64,000 bases of DNA from Oscillospiraceae bacterium (GCA_015063845.1 SVTJ01000007.1:21968-85967), one strand, 5' to 3'. Numbered from the stretch's first letter, positions 1-10,005 are shown. Numbers and translations: made by a program. The notes: generated by a model from the sequence alone, not told the origin.

Positions 1-293
1 AATTTAACGGATTTATCCCAAAGGGGATACTTGTCGACACACCGCTCTTGCTGTTGTCGAAGCCAAAGCACAGCGTTATAGATTTCTTTTGCCTTGATTT
101 TGAACGGCTTAGAAAAGGACTGAGCGCGAGCCAAGACCCACGCGTGGGTGAGACCGATACCGCGCGTTATATTGAGGAATTCGCAAAAAAGGCGCGCGGC
201 GCGCGCATATCATTGAGAGGAACTGATAACGCAAGACCAAATGTTCTTTCCGAGCTGCTTGAAACAGTTGCACCGCATCGTATATACAAATAA
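1..293 (+). CDS. 3' fragment of a gene that runs off the window start (frame open from nt 3); unknown function
   Basis: The frame-3 ORF has no stop from nt 3 to 293, and the provided ORF (48..293) is just its first internal Met. No recognisable motif. Confidence 0.3.
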   Translation, partial: FNGFIPKGILVDTPLLLLSKPKHSVIDFFCLDFERLRKGLSASQDPRVGETDTARYIEEFAKKARGARISLRGTDNARPNVLSELLETVAPHRIYK

Positions 294-328
294 GTTGTAA
301 AACCGAGAAGAATTTTTCAAAAAAGTAT

Positions 329-361
329 TGACAAAAAAATGAATTTGTGATATCATATACG
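329..361 (+). promoter_or_regulatory. sigma-A type promoter for tRNA-Arg
   Basis: TTGACA (329-334), a 17-nt spacer, then TATCAT, ending about 35 nt upstream of the tRNA. Confidence 0.6.
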
Positions 362-397
362 GGTACGCGAACGGACGAATACGGCTGTGAGCGTCAT

Positions 398-474
398 GCG
401 GCGTTAGCTCAGCTGGATAGAGTGTTTGGCTACGAACCAAAAGGTCGGGGGTTCGAATCCCTTACGCCGTGCCA
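398..474 (+). tRNA. tRNA-Arg (anticodon ACG)
   Basis: Cloverleaf GCGGCGT..GCTCAGCTGGATAGAGT.., anticodon loop CUACGAA, T-loop GGTTCGAATCC, and an encoded CCA. Position 1-72 is a G-U pair, so the ends are +/-1. Confidence 0.85.
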
Positions 475-480
475 AAAAAG

Positions 481-512
481 CGGGAATGTACATTTGTGCA
501 TTCCTGTTTTTT
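481..512 (+). terminator. intrinsic terminator after tRNA-Arg
   Basis: GGGAATGTACATTTGTGCATTCC hairpin followed by TGTTTTTTT. Confidence 0.7.
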
Positions 513-664
513 TATTGTAACACAAGGAAGGGATTCGAAGGGGAGCGGAAGTGAATGACACCACAGTGTGGTGTCAGCGCCGCGACTGACCGAGGAGCGT
601 AACAAAACCGAAATCAAAGCTCGGCTTTGCGTCGTAGCGACGAGACCGAATCACTTAAGCTATA

Positions 665-705
665 TAAGAACGGGAAAGCACATAGTGCTTTCCCGTTCTT
701 ATTGG
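665..705. terminator. bidirectional hairpin terminator at the 3' end of the minus-strand lipoprotein operon
   Basis: AAGAACGGGAAAGCAC-ATA-GTGCTTTCCCGTTCTT with A/T runs on both sides. Confidence 0.6.
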
Positions 706-719
706 TTTTTATTCGATTA

Positions 720-1592
720 CTAAATTTCCCTTGTGAACAAAGAATTGTTATATATGCACGCTTCAGCAATAAGTGCATCCACGCTCTTTTCGTATACATC
801 AGTGATCGTCACACTGTCACAATATACACTCATAAACTTGTCTATGCCACCCAGTTGAGCCACACAGTAATCCACAAAAATATATCCTACTATGTATCTG
901 TATATATCTGTATTTTTATCAATTTTGGAAATGTCATAATCATTATACAGTATTGCAACAAAGCCGCGGTAATAATTCTTTTGATTATACTCAAGCTCAT
1001 TGTTGGATAAAAGCTCACAAATAGCTTGATGCTCTGTTGCGTTTGTATCCTCTGAAAAAGCTTCTTCCTTGAAGAACATATATTCCTGTGATGCGATACA
1101 GTCATAAAAATTCAAGCTTACGTATTCAGCCAAACCTTCGCTAAACAGCTTGCTCGGACTATAAACAAGATCTACGTTATTCTCGCTTACCATATGTACA
1201 TATTCGTGTACAAAATCTCCCAAGGAAACACAATACATTTTTCGTTCATTCCAATAGCACTGTGAACGTTTTCCTCCGCTTTCGTTACGATACGAACTGT
1301 CAAAATAACAAACCGACTCTCTTGCTTCTTCCAAAGTATAATTCGCCTTGAGATAAGTCCTGATATCCAACATTACGGAAACGGCTTCTGCCGCAATAGC
1401 TGCAATATCAGATTCATTAAAGTCCTGCTTTGAAAAATAAAAGGTCATCCAATCAGTGCGAAAAATATAGTCTGATTCTGTTTGTTCTATTGTCAATGTA
1501 TCTGCTTTTTTATCCGAAGTAACTGAATTGCACCCAAATAAGCAAAACACAAAACAAACGAGAATTAGAATAACAACTATTCGTTTAGTCAT
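720..1592 (-). CDS. putative lipoprotein with an HExxH (zinc-metallopeptidase-like) motif
   Basis: Signal peptide plus lipobox (LFGCNS) and an HEYVH motif. It overlaps the upstream gene by 8 nt, implying translational coupling. Confidence 0.5.
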   Translation of the reverse strand: MTKRIVVILILVCFVFCLFGCNSVTSDKKADTLTIEQTESDYIFRTDWMTFYFSKQDFNESDIAAIAAEAVSVMLDIRTYLKANYTLEEARESVCYFDSSYRNESGGKRSQCYWNERKMYCVSLGDFVHEYVHMVSENNVDLVYSPSKLFSEGLAEYVSLNFYDCIASQEYMFFKEEAFSEDTNATEHQAICELLSNNELEYNQKNYYRGFVAILYNDYDISKIDKNTDIYRYIVGYIFVDYCVAQLGGIDKFMSVYCDSVTITDVYEKSVDALIAEACIYNNSLFTREI

Positions 1593-2544
1593 GTTGATTT
1601 ATCCAAGATAATAATCTTTGCTGACTTTCTCCCGTAAAATCGGATGAAAGCGCATCTATCTTGTTGTAAGTACAATCATTATTAGTATTCTTTAATGAAT
1701 TGTAAAGAGCATCTGCTTGTTCCACAGGAAAAAATGGACTTTGTGTGTAGTGCAACAGCAATAGAGGTCTATCAATCTTTTGACAGAAATTCACAGCTGA
1801 GCGAAGCTCATATTCCTGGGGAGCTTCCTCGTATGTTTTTCCAATCAAAGACGCCATAAGATTAGTAATTCCGTCTCCACGAAATTCGGCATATGCAGCA
1901 AGGTCTGAAATCACATCAACAACAGCACAACCACTTATCCTCTTTTCGGTATCCTCGGCAAACAAACGAAGTGCGGTTATTGAGCCCTCGGAAGAACCTG
2001 CCACAAATATCTTTGAATTTTCAATAAAGCTTGCAGAATCAAATATTTTCAACAGTTTTTGTGCATCTGCAAGATCCTTTGCGCCGCCTGAGTCTCTCGT
2101 TCCCTCACTATCTCCATTACCTCTAGCGTACGGACGTATCACTATAATGTCGTTAAGAGCATAATTTGATGCAAGTGATTCTATATATGTACGAACTTGA
2201 GGAAAATATATCAAAACTGTATACTGCTTGTTTTCATTTGTATAATCGTCAGGAAGAACTACGTCTGCTGCAATCTTTCCGTATTCTGTTTCATACATAA
2301 CCTTGTAAGCAACCGCTCCGTTTATCTGCTTCGAAAAAGTTTGTTTTGTCACAGAAATCACACCGTCAACATCAGTCAATTTTTCCATACTGTTTATCGG
2401 GTTTGTCTCTTTTGGAGCATCGGGTTGTTGTTCTTCTTTAGGTTGCTCGGAAATATCCGTATTATTATCCATTGACGGCTGATTATTACATGCAGTCAGT
2501 ATAAGCATCAAAATCGCACAAAGTAAAGCTATATATTTTTTCAT
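1585..2544 (-). CDS. alpha/beta-hydrolase fold lipoprotein
   Basis: Lipoprotein signal (LTACNN), a GxSxG nucleophile elbow (AGSSEGS), and an overall alpha/beta hydrolase pattern. Confidence 0.6.
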   Translation of the reverse strand: MKKYIALLCAILMLILTACNNQPSMDNNTDISEQPKEEQQPDAPKETNPINSMEKLTDVDGVISVTKQTFSKQINGAVAYKVMYETEYGKIAADVVLPDDYTNENKQYTVLIYFPQVRTYIESLASNYALNDIIVIRPYARGNGDSEGTRDSGGAKDLADAQKLLKIFDSASFIENSKIFVAGSSEGSITALRLFAEDTEKRISGCAVVDVISDLAAYAEFRGDGITNLMASLIGKTYEEAPQEYELRSAVNFCQKIDRPLLLLHYTQSPFFPVEQADALYNSLKNTNNDCTYNKIDALSSDFTGESQQRLLSWINQHD

Positions 2545-3647
2545 ATTATTTTTTCCTTTCTTTTAAAAACGTACCAATGCGGCATCATTCCACCGTAGAA
2601 ATAGTCTCCTGATTTGTGTTGAACAAACAAAAATTCCTCGCCATCTATCACTTTTATTTGATATTCTTCGGCTGTCATTTCCTTATCGTCCAAAACAAAT
2701 CCCTTTGTGTAACGCAACATAAGGTTGGAACTTCTAGACATCGTGCGTATCCGTCTTGTACAAATCCCACGCGGCAAGAAATTAATGTTGATCACATAAA
2801 TATTCTTGTCATTACTGTATCTTTTGTTCGGACTGAATTTTGATATATCCGGAACGAGATCGAGCGCCGTCCATTCACCTTGAACCGATTTGTCTTCAAC
2901 AAACGGGAGCTCTGTTTTATCAATATTACGGCGTATTTTTTGTTCCGTATACGCAACAGTGTCTATTTGACGATACAAAAGCGTTACACTATCCACTCCT
3001 TTGTCTATACAATCGTCACTCATAAATTGCATAATAATATACCGTGTTCCGTCTTGCTCTACAGTCCTATATGAATTTGGTATCGCAAATTTGTATTTTG
3101 GCGATAGTCTGTAAAGTATCCCTTTTGTCCAGAAATATTTCCATGCAAAAGCACCGCCAGGCATAAATATTATTTCTTCATCAGCTATGCCCGCATTTAC
3201 TTTTTTCAACGATGTCAGCTCGTTCTCGTCAAGGAGCTTTCCGCATAACTGCCATTTTCCGACTACTTGAGGATCGTTTTCAAATGGCAGAAGAAGTATT
3301 TCAGACAAAACGGGCTTTTTTAAACCGTTCTCGCAAATTTCATTAATTATTTTGATCTGATTTTTGAATTTGTCGATCGAACAAGACAGTTCATCCTTTT
3401 TCTTTTGTAGAATATCTCGTAATTCATCACTTTTGGCCACTTGTATCTTTTTGATCTCATCCAAAGAAAAGCCAAGATTTTTATAGAACAGTATCTGCTT
3501 ATATTTTTCAACTGCCTCAGTCGAATAAAATCGGTATCCGCTTGACTGAGAAATAACGTCAGCTTTCAGCACGCCCTCGGAATCATAATACCGCAATGTT
3601 TGCGTGCTGACGTTACAGATCTTCGCCAAATCGCCTATTTTTATCAT
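2541..3647 (-). CDS. MerR-family transcriptional regulator with a large C-terminal effector domain
   Basis: N-terminal MerR HTH (IGDLAKICNVSTQTLRYYDSEGVL), GGAGG RBS, and a start overlapping the next gene by ATGA. Confidence 0.75.
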   Translation of the reverse strand: MIKIGDLAKICNVSTQTLRYYDSEGVLKADVISQSSGYRFYSTEAVEKYKQILFYKNLGFSLDEIKKIQVAKSDELRDILQKKKDELSCSIDKFKNQIKIINEICENGLKKPVLSEILLLPFENDPQVVGKWQLCGKLLDENELTSLKKVNAGIADEEIIFMPGGAFAWKYFWTKGILYRLSPKYKFAIPNSYRTVEQDGTRYIIMQFMSDDCIDKGVDSVTLLYRQIDTVAYTEQKIRRNIDKTELPFVEDKSVQGEWTALDLVPDISKFSPNKRYSNDKNIYVININFLPRGICTRRIRTMSRSSNLMLRYTKGFVLDDKEMTAEEYQIKVIDGEEFLFVQHKSGDYFYGGMMPHWYVFKRKEKII

Positions 3648-3671
3648 GCTGTCACCTCCTACTATATTAGT

Positions 3672-3702
3672 AGTATAACATTATAGTTAACTATAAAGTC
3701 AA
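3672..3702 (-). promoter_or_regulatory. MerR-type promoter with a 19-nt spacer and a 16-bp perfect palindromic operator (TTATAGTTAACTATAA)
   Basis: On the minus strand: TTGACT, a 19-nt spacer containing the palindrome at 3681-3696, then TATACT, about 25 nt upstream of the MerR start codon. Confidence 0.6.
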
Positions 3703-3817
3703 GAGTTTTTTTAATTATACTACAAATTTGCGAATTTTTCCAACAACTGTTAGTTTAAACGCAAAACAAGGGTGACTTTTTTAAAAATCACCCTCAAAAA
3801 CGCATCTTTGCCTCTAT

Positions 3818-4729
3818 TTAGTTTTCTCCGCCGTGGTATCTTTCATAATAAAACAAGTACTGCTGTGCGATGCCTGCGTATCTGCCGAAGCGCGCGCCGC
3901 TGAACTGTGTGTCTTCGGGGAAATACTTCGCCGCCACGCGCTTCATCCACACGTCAACGGGAAAAGCGTCGTATCTCGCAAGCCCGAAGAGTGCCGCGCA
4001 GCTCGCCACCTTTAGCCCTATTCCCTTTACTGCGCAAAGTCGCTCTATGCATTCGTCGGTGTTATCCGTGTCCGTAAGTGCGTCAAGGTCAAGCTCTCCG
4101 CTTGTCAGCTTACTTGCGGCATCGTATATGTACTTTGCTCGAAAGCCTGTTTTTAAGTCAAACAGCCCCTTCTCTCCAAGTGCCATAAGTGCTTGTCCGT
4201 CGGGGAAAGCACAAAGAGAGGACAGCCCCGACGTATGCGCCATAGCCTCGTCGCACAGCTCTATGGGGGTGCCGCTGTTTTTCGACAGTGCCTCAATTAT
4301 CTTCTTTATTCTCGGAATGTTGTTATTCTGCGAAATGATAAAGGATATCACCGCCTCAAAGGCATCCTGTCTGAGTATGCGTATTCCTCTGCCATACTCC
4401 ATAGCATTCCTCATAACACTGCCACTGTCATGCGCGAGTATGTCGCGGTCTATCTGCTCATAATCCACGTCGAGTGCGAGATATCTTCTCCAGATATTCT
4501 CAAAATCCTCTCTGTCGGAGCCGTATATATAAAGCGTATCACCGTCCTGAGCAAACGATACGTGTCTTGCGTGAGCCACGCCCGCAAATTCCGACGCGTG
4601 AGATGAAGCTTCAACTCTGTCAAAGCGGAAGCACTGACCGCAGTCAAATGTTTTTTCCACGTCAAAATATTTTACGTCCGTCAGCCTTATCACAGGCATA
4701 CTTCCCTGCCTACTCTCGTATATCTCCAT
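3818..4729 (-). CDS. 8-oxoguanine DNA glycosylase / HhH-GPD family base-excision glycosylase (Ogg-like)
   Basis: N-terminal OGG-like domain and an HhH-GPD motif (CAVKGIGLKVASCAALFGL). The start is moved to the second Met, which has an AAGGAG RBS. Confidence 0.75.
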   Translation of the reverse strand: MEIYESRQGSMPVIRLTDVKYFDVEKTFDCGQCFRFDRVEASSHASEFAGVAHARHVSFAQDGDTLYIYGSDREDFENIWRRYLALDVDYEQIDRDILAHDSGSVMRNAMEYGRGIRILRQDAFEAVISFIISQNNNIPRIKKIIEALSKNSGTPIELCDEAMAHTSGLSSLCAFPDGQALMALGEKGLFDLKTGFRAKYIYDAASKLTSGELDLDALTDTDNTDECIERLCAVKGIGLKVASCAALFGLARYDAFPVDVWMKRVAAKYFPEDTQFSGARFGRYAGIAQQYLFYYERYHGGEN

Positions 4730-4908
4730 AAATATCGCTCCTTTCTTTTGCATATTTTGCCAAAAAATTTGTACGTTTGGTCAAACCCTCTTGAAATATA
4801 CATAATTATATGGTATAATATTATGTAAGTATTTGTGTTTATCTCATCACAACAAATTATACCACAAACACCCGTATTTTTCAACATTTTTTGCAAAGGA
4901 AAAAGCAA

Positions 4909-5616
4909 ATGGAGCAAATTTACACAATACCCGTAAACGAAGCGTTTGAGGCGTCCGCCGCCGACAAATCCTGCGGATGTCCGTTTTGTTCGCTTCACAA
5001 CAAGCTTGAGAACGACGAGCTCGACCTCATTTTGGGAGCTTCGATGATGGAGCCCGACGTCAGAATAAAGACCAACGAGCAGGGCTTTTGCCGCACGCAT
5101 TACGACATGATGTTCGTACGCAAGAACCGTCTCGGAATGGCACTGACGCTTGAAAGTCATATAAACGAACTCAAAAGCCAGATAAAGGGCGGCGGATTGT
5201 TCGCTCAGCCCGGTGCAGCGGCAATAAAGAGGATAGGCGAGCTTGAAAGCACGTGCTACGTCTGCAAGCGAATCGATTTCAACTTTGTGCATATGGTAGA
5301 GACCGCCGTATTTTTATGGGACAGAGACGAGGCATTCCGCGAAAAGCTCGCAGCACAGCCGTACTTCTGTCTGCCTCATTACAGAATGATGCTGGAATAC
5401 GGCAAAGACAGACTTGGCAAAAAAAGATTTCCCGAGTTTGAAAAGGCGTGCGCCGCTATCGTCAACGCATACATTGAGGAGCTTGGCGAGGACGTGAGCT
5501 GGTTCTGCAAAAAATTCGACTACCGCTACGACGCCGAGCCGTGGTACAATTCCAAGGACGCTGTCGAGCGCGCTATGAAATTTTTGCGCTCTGACCTGCA
5601 CAAAAACGACAAGTAA
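4909..5616 (+). CDS. Cys-rich hypothetical protein (two CxxC...CxxH-type motif pairs; DUF-type)
   Basis: CGCPFC...CRTH and CYVCKR...CLPH motifs. The ATG at 4909 has an RBS, whereas the ORF-track start at 4891 is TTG. Confidence 0.5.
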   Translation: MEQIYTIPVNEAFEASAADKSCGCPFCSLHNKLENDELDLILGASMMEPDVRIKTNEQGFCRTHYDMMFVRKNRLGMALTLESHINELKSQIKGGGLFAQPGAAAIKRIGELESTCYVCKRIDFNFVHMVETAVFLWDRDEAFREKLAAQPYFCLPHYRMMLEYGKDRLGKKRFPEFEKACAAIVNAYIEELGEDVSWFCKKFDYRYDAEPWYNSKDAVERAMKFLRSDLHKNDK

Positions 5617-5648
5617 AAATAATAAACAAAAGGATTTGGCATATACTT

Positions 5649-6203
5649 ATGATAGACCTGCTTGACCTTCAAAAGCATTTTATACTTACTCATCTTGGTG
5701 AGGGAGACGTTGCCGTAGACTTCACGATGGGCAACGGTCACGACACCGAATTTCTTTCAAAAACGGTCGGAGAGAGCGGACACGTCTACGCCTTTGATAT
5801 TCAAGAGATGGCTCTTGCCTCGACCGCGAAAAATCTCAAAGAGGCGGGCTGTCCCGAGAACTATACGCTTATTCTCGACTCGCACCACAACGTAAAAAAG
5901 TACGTTGACAGACCTATAAAGGCGGGAATGTTCAATCTCGGTTATCTGCCCGGCAGTGACAAGACGGTCACCACAATGCGCACGACCACGCTCCCCGCCA
6001 TCGAGGCTGCTATATCCCTTATGGATAAGGACGCGATCATTTTGGTGGCGGTATATCCGGGGCACGCTGAGGGAGAGGCTGAGGGAAAGCTCATCTGCGA
6101 ATATCTCTCAACGCTCTCGCGCTACAAGGTGTGCGCAACGAGGATCAACATTCTCAACTCCCCCACTTCCCCGTTTTTTATAATCATCGAAAGCAAGCCG
6201 TAA
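5649..6203 (+). CDS. class I SAM-dependent methyltransferase (YtqB-like putative rRNA methylase family)
   Basis: The GxGxG-like region DFTMGNGHDTEFL and an acidic loop YAFDIQE match the small Rossmann methyltransferase pattern. Confidence 0.65.
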   Translation: MIDLLDLQKHFILTHLGEGDVAVDFTMGNGHDTEFLSKTVGESGHVYAFDIQEMALASTAKNLKEAGCPENYTLILDSHHNVKKYVDRPIKAGMFNLGYLPGSDKTVTTMRTTTLPAIEAAISLMDKDAIILVAVYPGHAEGEAEGKLICEYLSTLSRYKVCATRINILNSPTSPFFIIIESKP

Positions 6204-6220
6204 GGCATTAAGGATACTGA

Positions 6221-7672
6221 ATGAAAAAGAAAGACAAGGATATCAAAAACGATATTGAAAATATTGAAGATGTTGAAACCGTCGAAGAGCAAAATGAAGA
6301 AGTCACCGTCTCAGAGGAAGAAGTTCCGCTGAACGACGAGGAGCTGTTGATGCTGAAGAGGAGCGTGCGCGAGGACAGAAAAAAGCGTCGCAGACTTACT
6401 CACTACGACAACTCCGACAAGGCGAAATTCTGGAGATTTACAAAGCGAAACAAGATATTCTCGGTCATTTGCGTATTGCTTGCCGTTCTTATAATCGCGC
6501 TCTCCACGCTCGGCACGGTATTTCTTGTGAGAAAGATACGCGCCAGAGAAAACAAGTCGGATTTCACCATAATATTCGGCGACGGAAAGTACACTGAAAA
6601 ATCCACGTACACAGCAAAATACGAGGACCTTATGCGCGACGGAATACTGCATATTGATATGTATAAGCTCGCGGAATATGCCGATCTTACCGTTACGGGA
6701 ACAAAAACCTCAGTCAAGTTCACCTCAAACAAGGACAACTATCTTCGCTTTGAGAACGCAAGCACCGAGGCAATAATAAACGGCTCGAGCGTCGAGGTTG
6801 GCAGTGCCACCGTCGTGAATGCCGAAAACTGCTACGTTCCCTACGACTTTCTAACAAAGGCGGTTGGCGACGCACTCAAGTTCACACTTGACCGAGACAC
6901 CAACACGATAAAGATCGCGCGCAGAGTTCACGCCACCGACGACGATGACGTTTTCGAGCCCGTCGAGATACTCTTCTACACCGACAATTTTACAGTTATC
7001 GTAGCTATGCACCAAGTAACAGACGAATATAAATACGAATATCCGCTTACCGCAAAGCCGTATATATCCGCAATGGATCCCGAGGACCCGTCCGAGTATC
7101 TGCTGCTTGCAAACAAGCAGACCCCTCTTGGCGAGGCATATGCTCCGACAGACCTTGTAAAGCTTACCTGCAAAACGGCAACCGGCAGAGAGATGTTCTT
7201 ACGCAAGGATGCAGCAGACGCGCTCTACTTTATGATGATGTGTATGCAGGCTGACGGAATAAACGACACATACGTCACAAGCGCGTATCGCTCATACGCA
7301 TATCAGGTAGACCTCTGGAACAGATACGTCGACCAGCATATGTCCGAGGGAATGACACGCGAGCAGGCAGAGGAAATGGCGCTAACCTACTCAGCGCGCC
7401 CCGGTACGAGCGAGCACCAGACGGGACTTTGCATTGATTTTATGACTACGTCTATGACAGAGCTTGACGAGAGCTTTGAGAACAGTCAAGCGTTTGCGTG
7501 GCTCAAGGATAACGCTCACAAATACGGATTTGTTCTCCGCTATCCCGCAGATAAGGTTGGCACAACGGGTTACAAATACGAGCCTTGGCACTACCGCTTT
7601 GTCGGCAGAGAGGCGGCAACCGAGATGTACCTCTCAAACTTCTGCTTTGAGGAATATCTCAAAGTAAATTAA
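6221..7672 (+). CDS. membrane-anchored D-alanyl-D-alanine carboxypeptidase (VanY / peptidase M15 family)
   Basis: N-terminal TM segment, and a C-terminal domain with SEHQTGLCIDF and EPWHYRFVG (VanY zinc-binding signature). Confidence 0.8.
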   Translation: MKKKDKDIKNDIENIEDVETVEEQNEEVTVSEEEVPLNDEELLMLKRSVREDRKKRRRLTHYDNSDKAKFWRFTKRNKIFSVICVLLAVLIIALSTLGTVFLVRKIRARENKSDFTIIFGDGKYTEKSTYTAKYEDLMRDGILHIDMYKLAEYADLTVTGTKTSVKFTSNKDNYLRFENASTEAIINGSSVEVGSATVVNAENCYVPYDFLTKAVGDALKFTLDRDTNTIKIARRVHATDDDDVFEPVEILFYTDNFTVIVAMHQVTDEYKYEYPLTAKPYISAMDPEDPSEYLLLANKQTPLGEAYAPTDLVKLTCKTATGREMFLRKDAADALYFMMMCMQADGINDTYVTSAYRSYAYQVDLWNRYVDQHMSEGMTREQAEEMALTYSARPGTSEHQTGLCIDFMTTSMTELDESFENSQAFAWLKDNAHKYGFVLRYPADKVGTTGYKYEPWHYRFVGREAATEMYLSNFCFEEYLKVN

Positions 7673-7723
7673 CTTACTTTGTCTTTTAAAAAAGCACCAA
7701 AAAAACAAAACAAGGAGCTTATT

Positions 7724-8395
7724 ATGCTTACAGTTAAAACTAAAGAGCTATACGACCTCACACACACGCTTGCGGCAGATATGCTCGCTGAGTGTGAGTA
7801 CCCTTGGGAAGCGCTCCCAAAAATAAAGCATACTGTACTCGCCATAGGCGCAACGCTCTCTCCCGATGAATACTACTGCCCTGTTGAAGGGGTGTGGATA
7901 GCAAAGACCGCTTCTATCGCCCAAAACGCGACCATCGCTCCGCCTTGCATAATCGGTAAGCACACCGAGGTACGCCCGGGCGCGTTCATTCGCGGCTCTG
8001 TGATAGTCGGCGAGGGCTGTGTAGTCGGCAACTCTTGCGAGCTTAAGAACGCAATACTCTTCGACAACGTTCAAGTTCCGCATTTCAACTACGTCGGCGA
8101 TTCCATTCTCGGCTATCGCTCACACACGGGAGCGGGGGCTATCACCTCAAACGTTAAGAGCGACAAGACACTCGTCAAGGTCGTTACCGATGACGGTGTT
8201 ATAGAGACAGGACTTAAAAAGTTCGGCGCTATGCTCGGCGACTTCGTTGAGGTAGGCTGCAACAGCGTTCTCAACCCAGGTACGGTCGTTGGCAGAAACT
8301 CAAACATTTATCCTCTTTCCTCAGTCAGAGGAACAGTTCCCCCAAACAGCATTTACAAATCCCGTGAAAACGTAGTCACAAAACAAAACAGATAA
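7724..8395 (+). CDS. hexapeptide-repeat (left-handed beta-helix) transferase family protein
   Basis: Repeated [LIV]-G-x-x-x-x hexads (VIVGEGCVVGNSCEL...). The start is moved to the ATG at 7724, which has an AAGGAG RBS. Confidence 0.6.
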   Translation: MLTVKTKELYDLTHTLAADMLAECEYPWEALPKIKHTVLAIGATLSPDEYYCPVEGVWIAKTASIAQNATIAPPCIIGKHTEVRPGAFIRGSVIVGEGCVVGNSCELKNAILFDNVQVPHFNYVGDSILGYRSHTGAGAITSNVKSDKTLVKVVTDDGVIETGLKKFGAMLGDFVEVGCNSVLNPGTVVGRNSNIYPLSSVRGTVPPNSIYKSRENVVTKQNR

Positions 8396-8422
8396 AATCT
8401 AATTTTTGAAAGGAATAAACAA

Positions 8423-9778
8423 ATGGGAAGACTTTTTGGAACAGACGGTGTCAGAGGCATCGCCAATAAGGAGCTCACGTGCGAGCTCGCTATGGAGATA
8501 GGCAGAGCCGCCGCATCGGTGCTTTCAGACGGCTGCCGTCACAGACCCAGTTTCGTCATAGGAAGCGACACTCGCGCTTCCTCGGATATGCTTGGCGCGG
8601 CACTTATCGCGGGACTTTGCTCTGTTGGAGCGGACGTTATACAGCTCGGCGTTGTGCCCACCCCCGCAGTTGCGTATCTCGTTGGCAAATACAAGGCAGA
8701 CGCAGGCGTTATGATCTCCGCATCTCACAACCCCGCAGAGTTCAACGGCATCAAGATATTCAGTGGAAACGGCTTCAAGCTCCCCGATATGCTTGAAGAA
8801 AAGATAGAGGATATCATTCTTGAAAAGCATAAGACTTATGCGCTTCCTCTTGGCGGTGAGGTTGGTAAGGTCACCTACGCAAAGGATGCCGCAACCGATT
8901 ATATACGCCACATAAAGAGCACAGCTCATTGCTCACTTGACGGACTGCACATAGCTATCGACTGCGCTAACGGTTCGGCAAGCGCGACCGCTCCCGCTCT
9001 TTTCACCGAGCTTGGCGCTACCGTCAGCTTCCTTTCCTATGAGCCCGACGGCGTAAACATCAACCGCGACTGCGGCTCAACTCATCTTGACGCGCTCGCA
9101 AAGTACGTTGTAGAAAACAAGCTTGACTGCGGAGTTGCTTTTGACGGAGATGCTGACAGATGTCTTTGTGTTGACGAGCAGGGCAACGTCGTCGACGGCG
9201 ATATGATAATGGCTATCTGCGCGCTTGACCTCAAAAAGAGAGGCAAGCTCAACCGCGACACGGTCGTTGGCACGATAATGTCGAACTTCGGCTTTGGCAA
9301 GTTCTGCGACGACAATAACATAAGATTTATCGCTACCAAGGTTGGTGACAGATACGTACTTGAGGAGATGCTTCTCGAGGATTATTCCTTTGGCGGAGAG
9401 CAGTCGGGACACATTATATTCCGCGATTTCGCGACCACGGGTGACGGTCAGCTCACGGCGGCACAGCTGCTCGTTCATATGAAGCGTTCGGGCAAAAAAC
9501 TCTCCGAGCTTGCCTCTGTTATGACGCGTTATCCGCAGACTATGGTCAACCTCAAGATAAGCGCGGAGGGCAAGATAGCGTTCTATACCGACAGAGAGAT
9601 AAACGAAAAGCTCGAATGGGCAAAGAACGAGCTTGGAAAGTCGGGAAGAATAGTTGTTCGTCCCTCGGGAACAGAGCCGCTCATAAGAGTTATGGTCGAG
9701 GGCAGCGACGAGGAGCAGATAAAGGCTATCGCTCAAGAGGTAGCAAACACCATAACCACAAGACTTGCAGACAAATAA
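8423..9778 (+). CDS. glmM: phosphoglucosamine mutase
   Basis: MGRLFGTDGVRG N-terminus, active-site SASHNPAEFNGIK, and 451 aa. Confidence 0.95.
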   Translation: MGRLFGTDGVRGIANKELTCELAMEIGRAAASVLSDGCRHRPSFVIGSDTRASSDMLGAALIAGLCSVGADVIQLGVVPTPAVAYLVGKYKADAGVMISASHNPAEFNGIKIFSGNGFKLPDMLEEKIEDIILEKHKTYALPLGGEVGKVTYAKDAATDYIRHIKSTAHCSLDGLHIAIDCANGSASATAPALFTELGATVSFLSYEPDGVNINRDCGSTHLDALAKYVVENKLDCGVAFDGDADRCLCVDEQGNVVDGDMIMAICALDLKKRGKLNRDTVVGTIMSNFGFGKFCDDNNIRFIATKVGDRYVLEEMLLEDYSFGGEQSGHIIFRDFATTGDGQLTAAQLLVHMKRSGKKLSELASVMTRYPQTMVNLKISAEGKIAFYTDREINEKLEWAKNELGKSGRIVVRPSGTEPLIRVMVEGSDEEQIKAIAQEVANTITTRLADK

Positions 9779-9782
9779 ACAC

Positions 9783-9822
9783 TTTAGGGGGTATTCTGAG
9801 AATACCCCCATTTTTTATACAA
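9783..9822 (+). terminator. intrinsic terminator of glmM
   Basis: GGGGGTATTCTGAGAATACCCCC followed by ATTTTTT. Confidence 0.8.
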
Positions 9823-9840
9823 CACCGACGGTCATTTTTG

Positions 9841-10005
9841 TCAAATTAGGATTTATCGGGGACGCGTTTTTTTGAGGGGAACTTCTTGAAAGAAGTTCCC
9901 CTCAAACTCCCTTCAAGAACTTTAAAACTAAATTATTATTGGTGTAGCCGTAAGAAAAGATATAACTTTATTGTTTTTCTTATAAGGAAAAAACTCGTCG
10001 GACCT
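9841..10005 (+). repeat. copy A of the palindromic intergenic repeat family (X-type half element)
   Basis: Starts GTCAAATTAGGATTTATCGG, carries the conserved hairpin GAGGGGAACTTCTT-GAAA-GAAGTTCCCCTC, and ends AAAACTCGTCGGACC. Confidence 0.8.

Noticed and set aside
510-665. GC-rich segment with hairpins (GACACCACAGTGTGGTGTC, GGATTCG...CGAATC) downstream of tRNA-Arg, considered as an sRNA or a second tRNA
   Set aside because: It has no tRNA cloverleaf and no promoter or conserved motif I can identify. It was left unannotated as weakly structured intergenic sequence.
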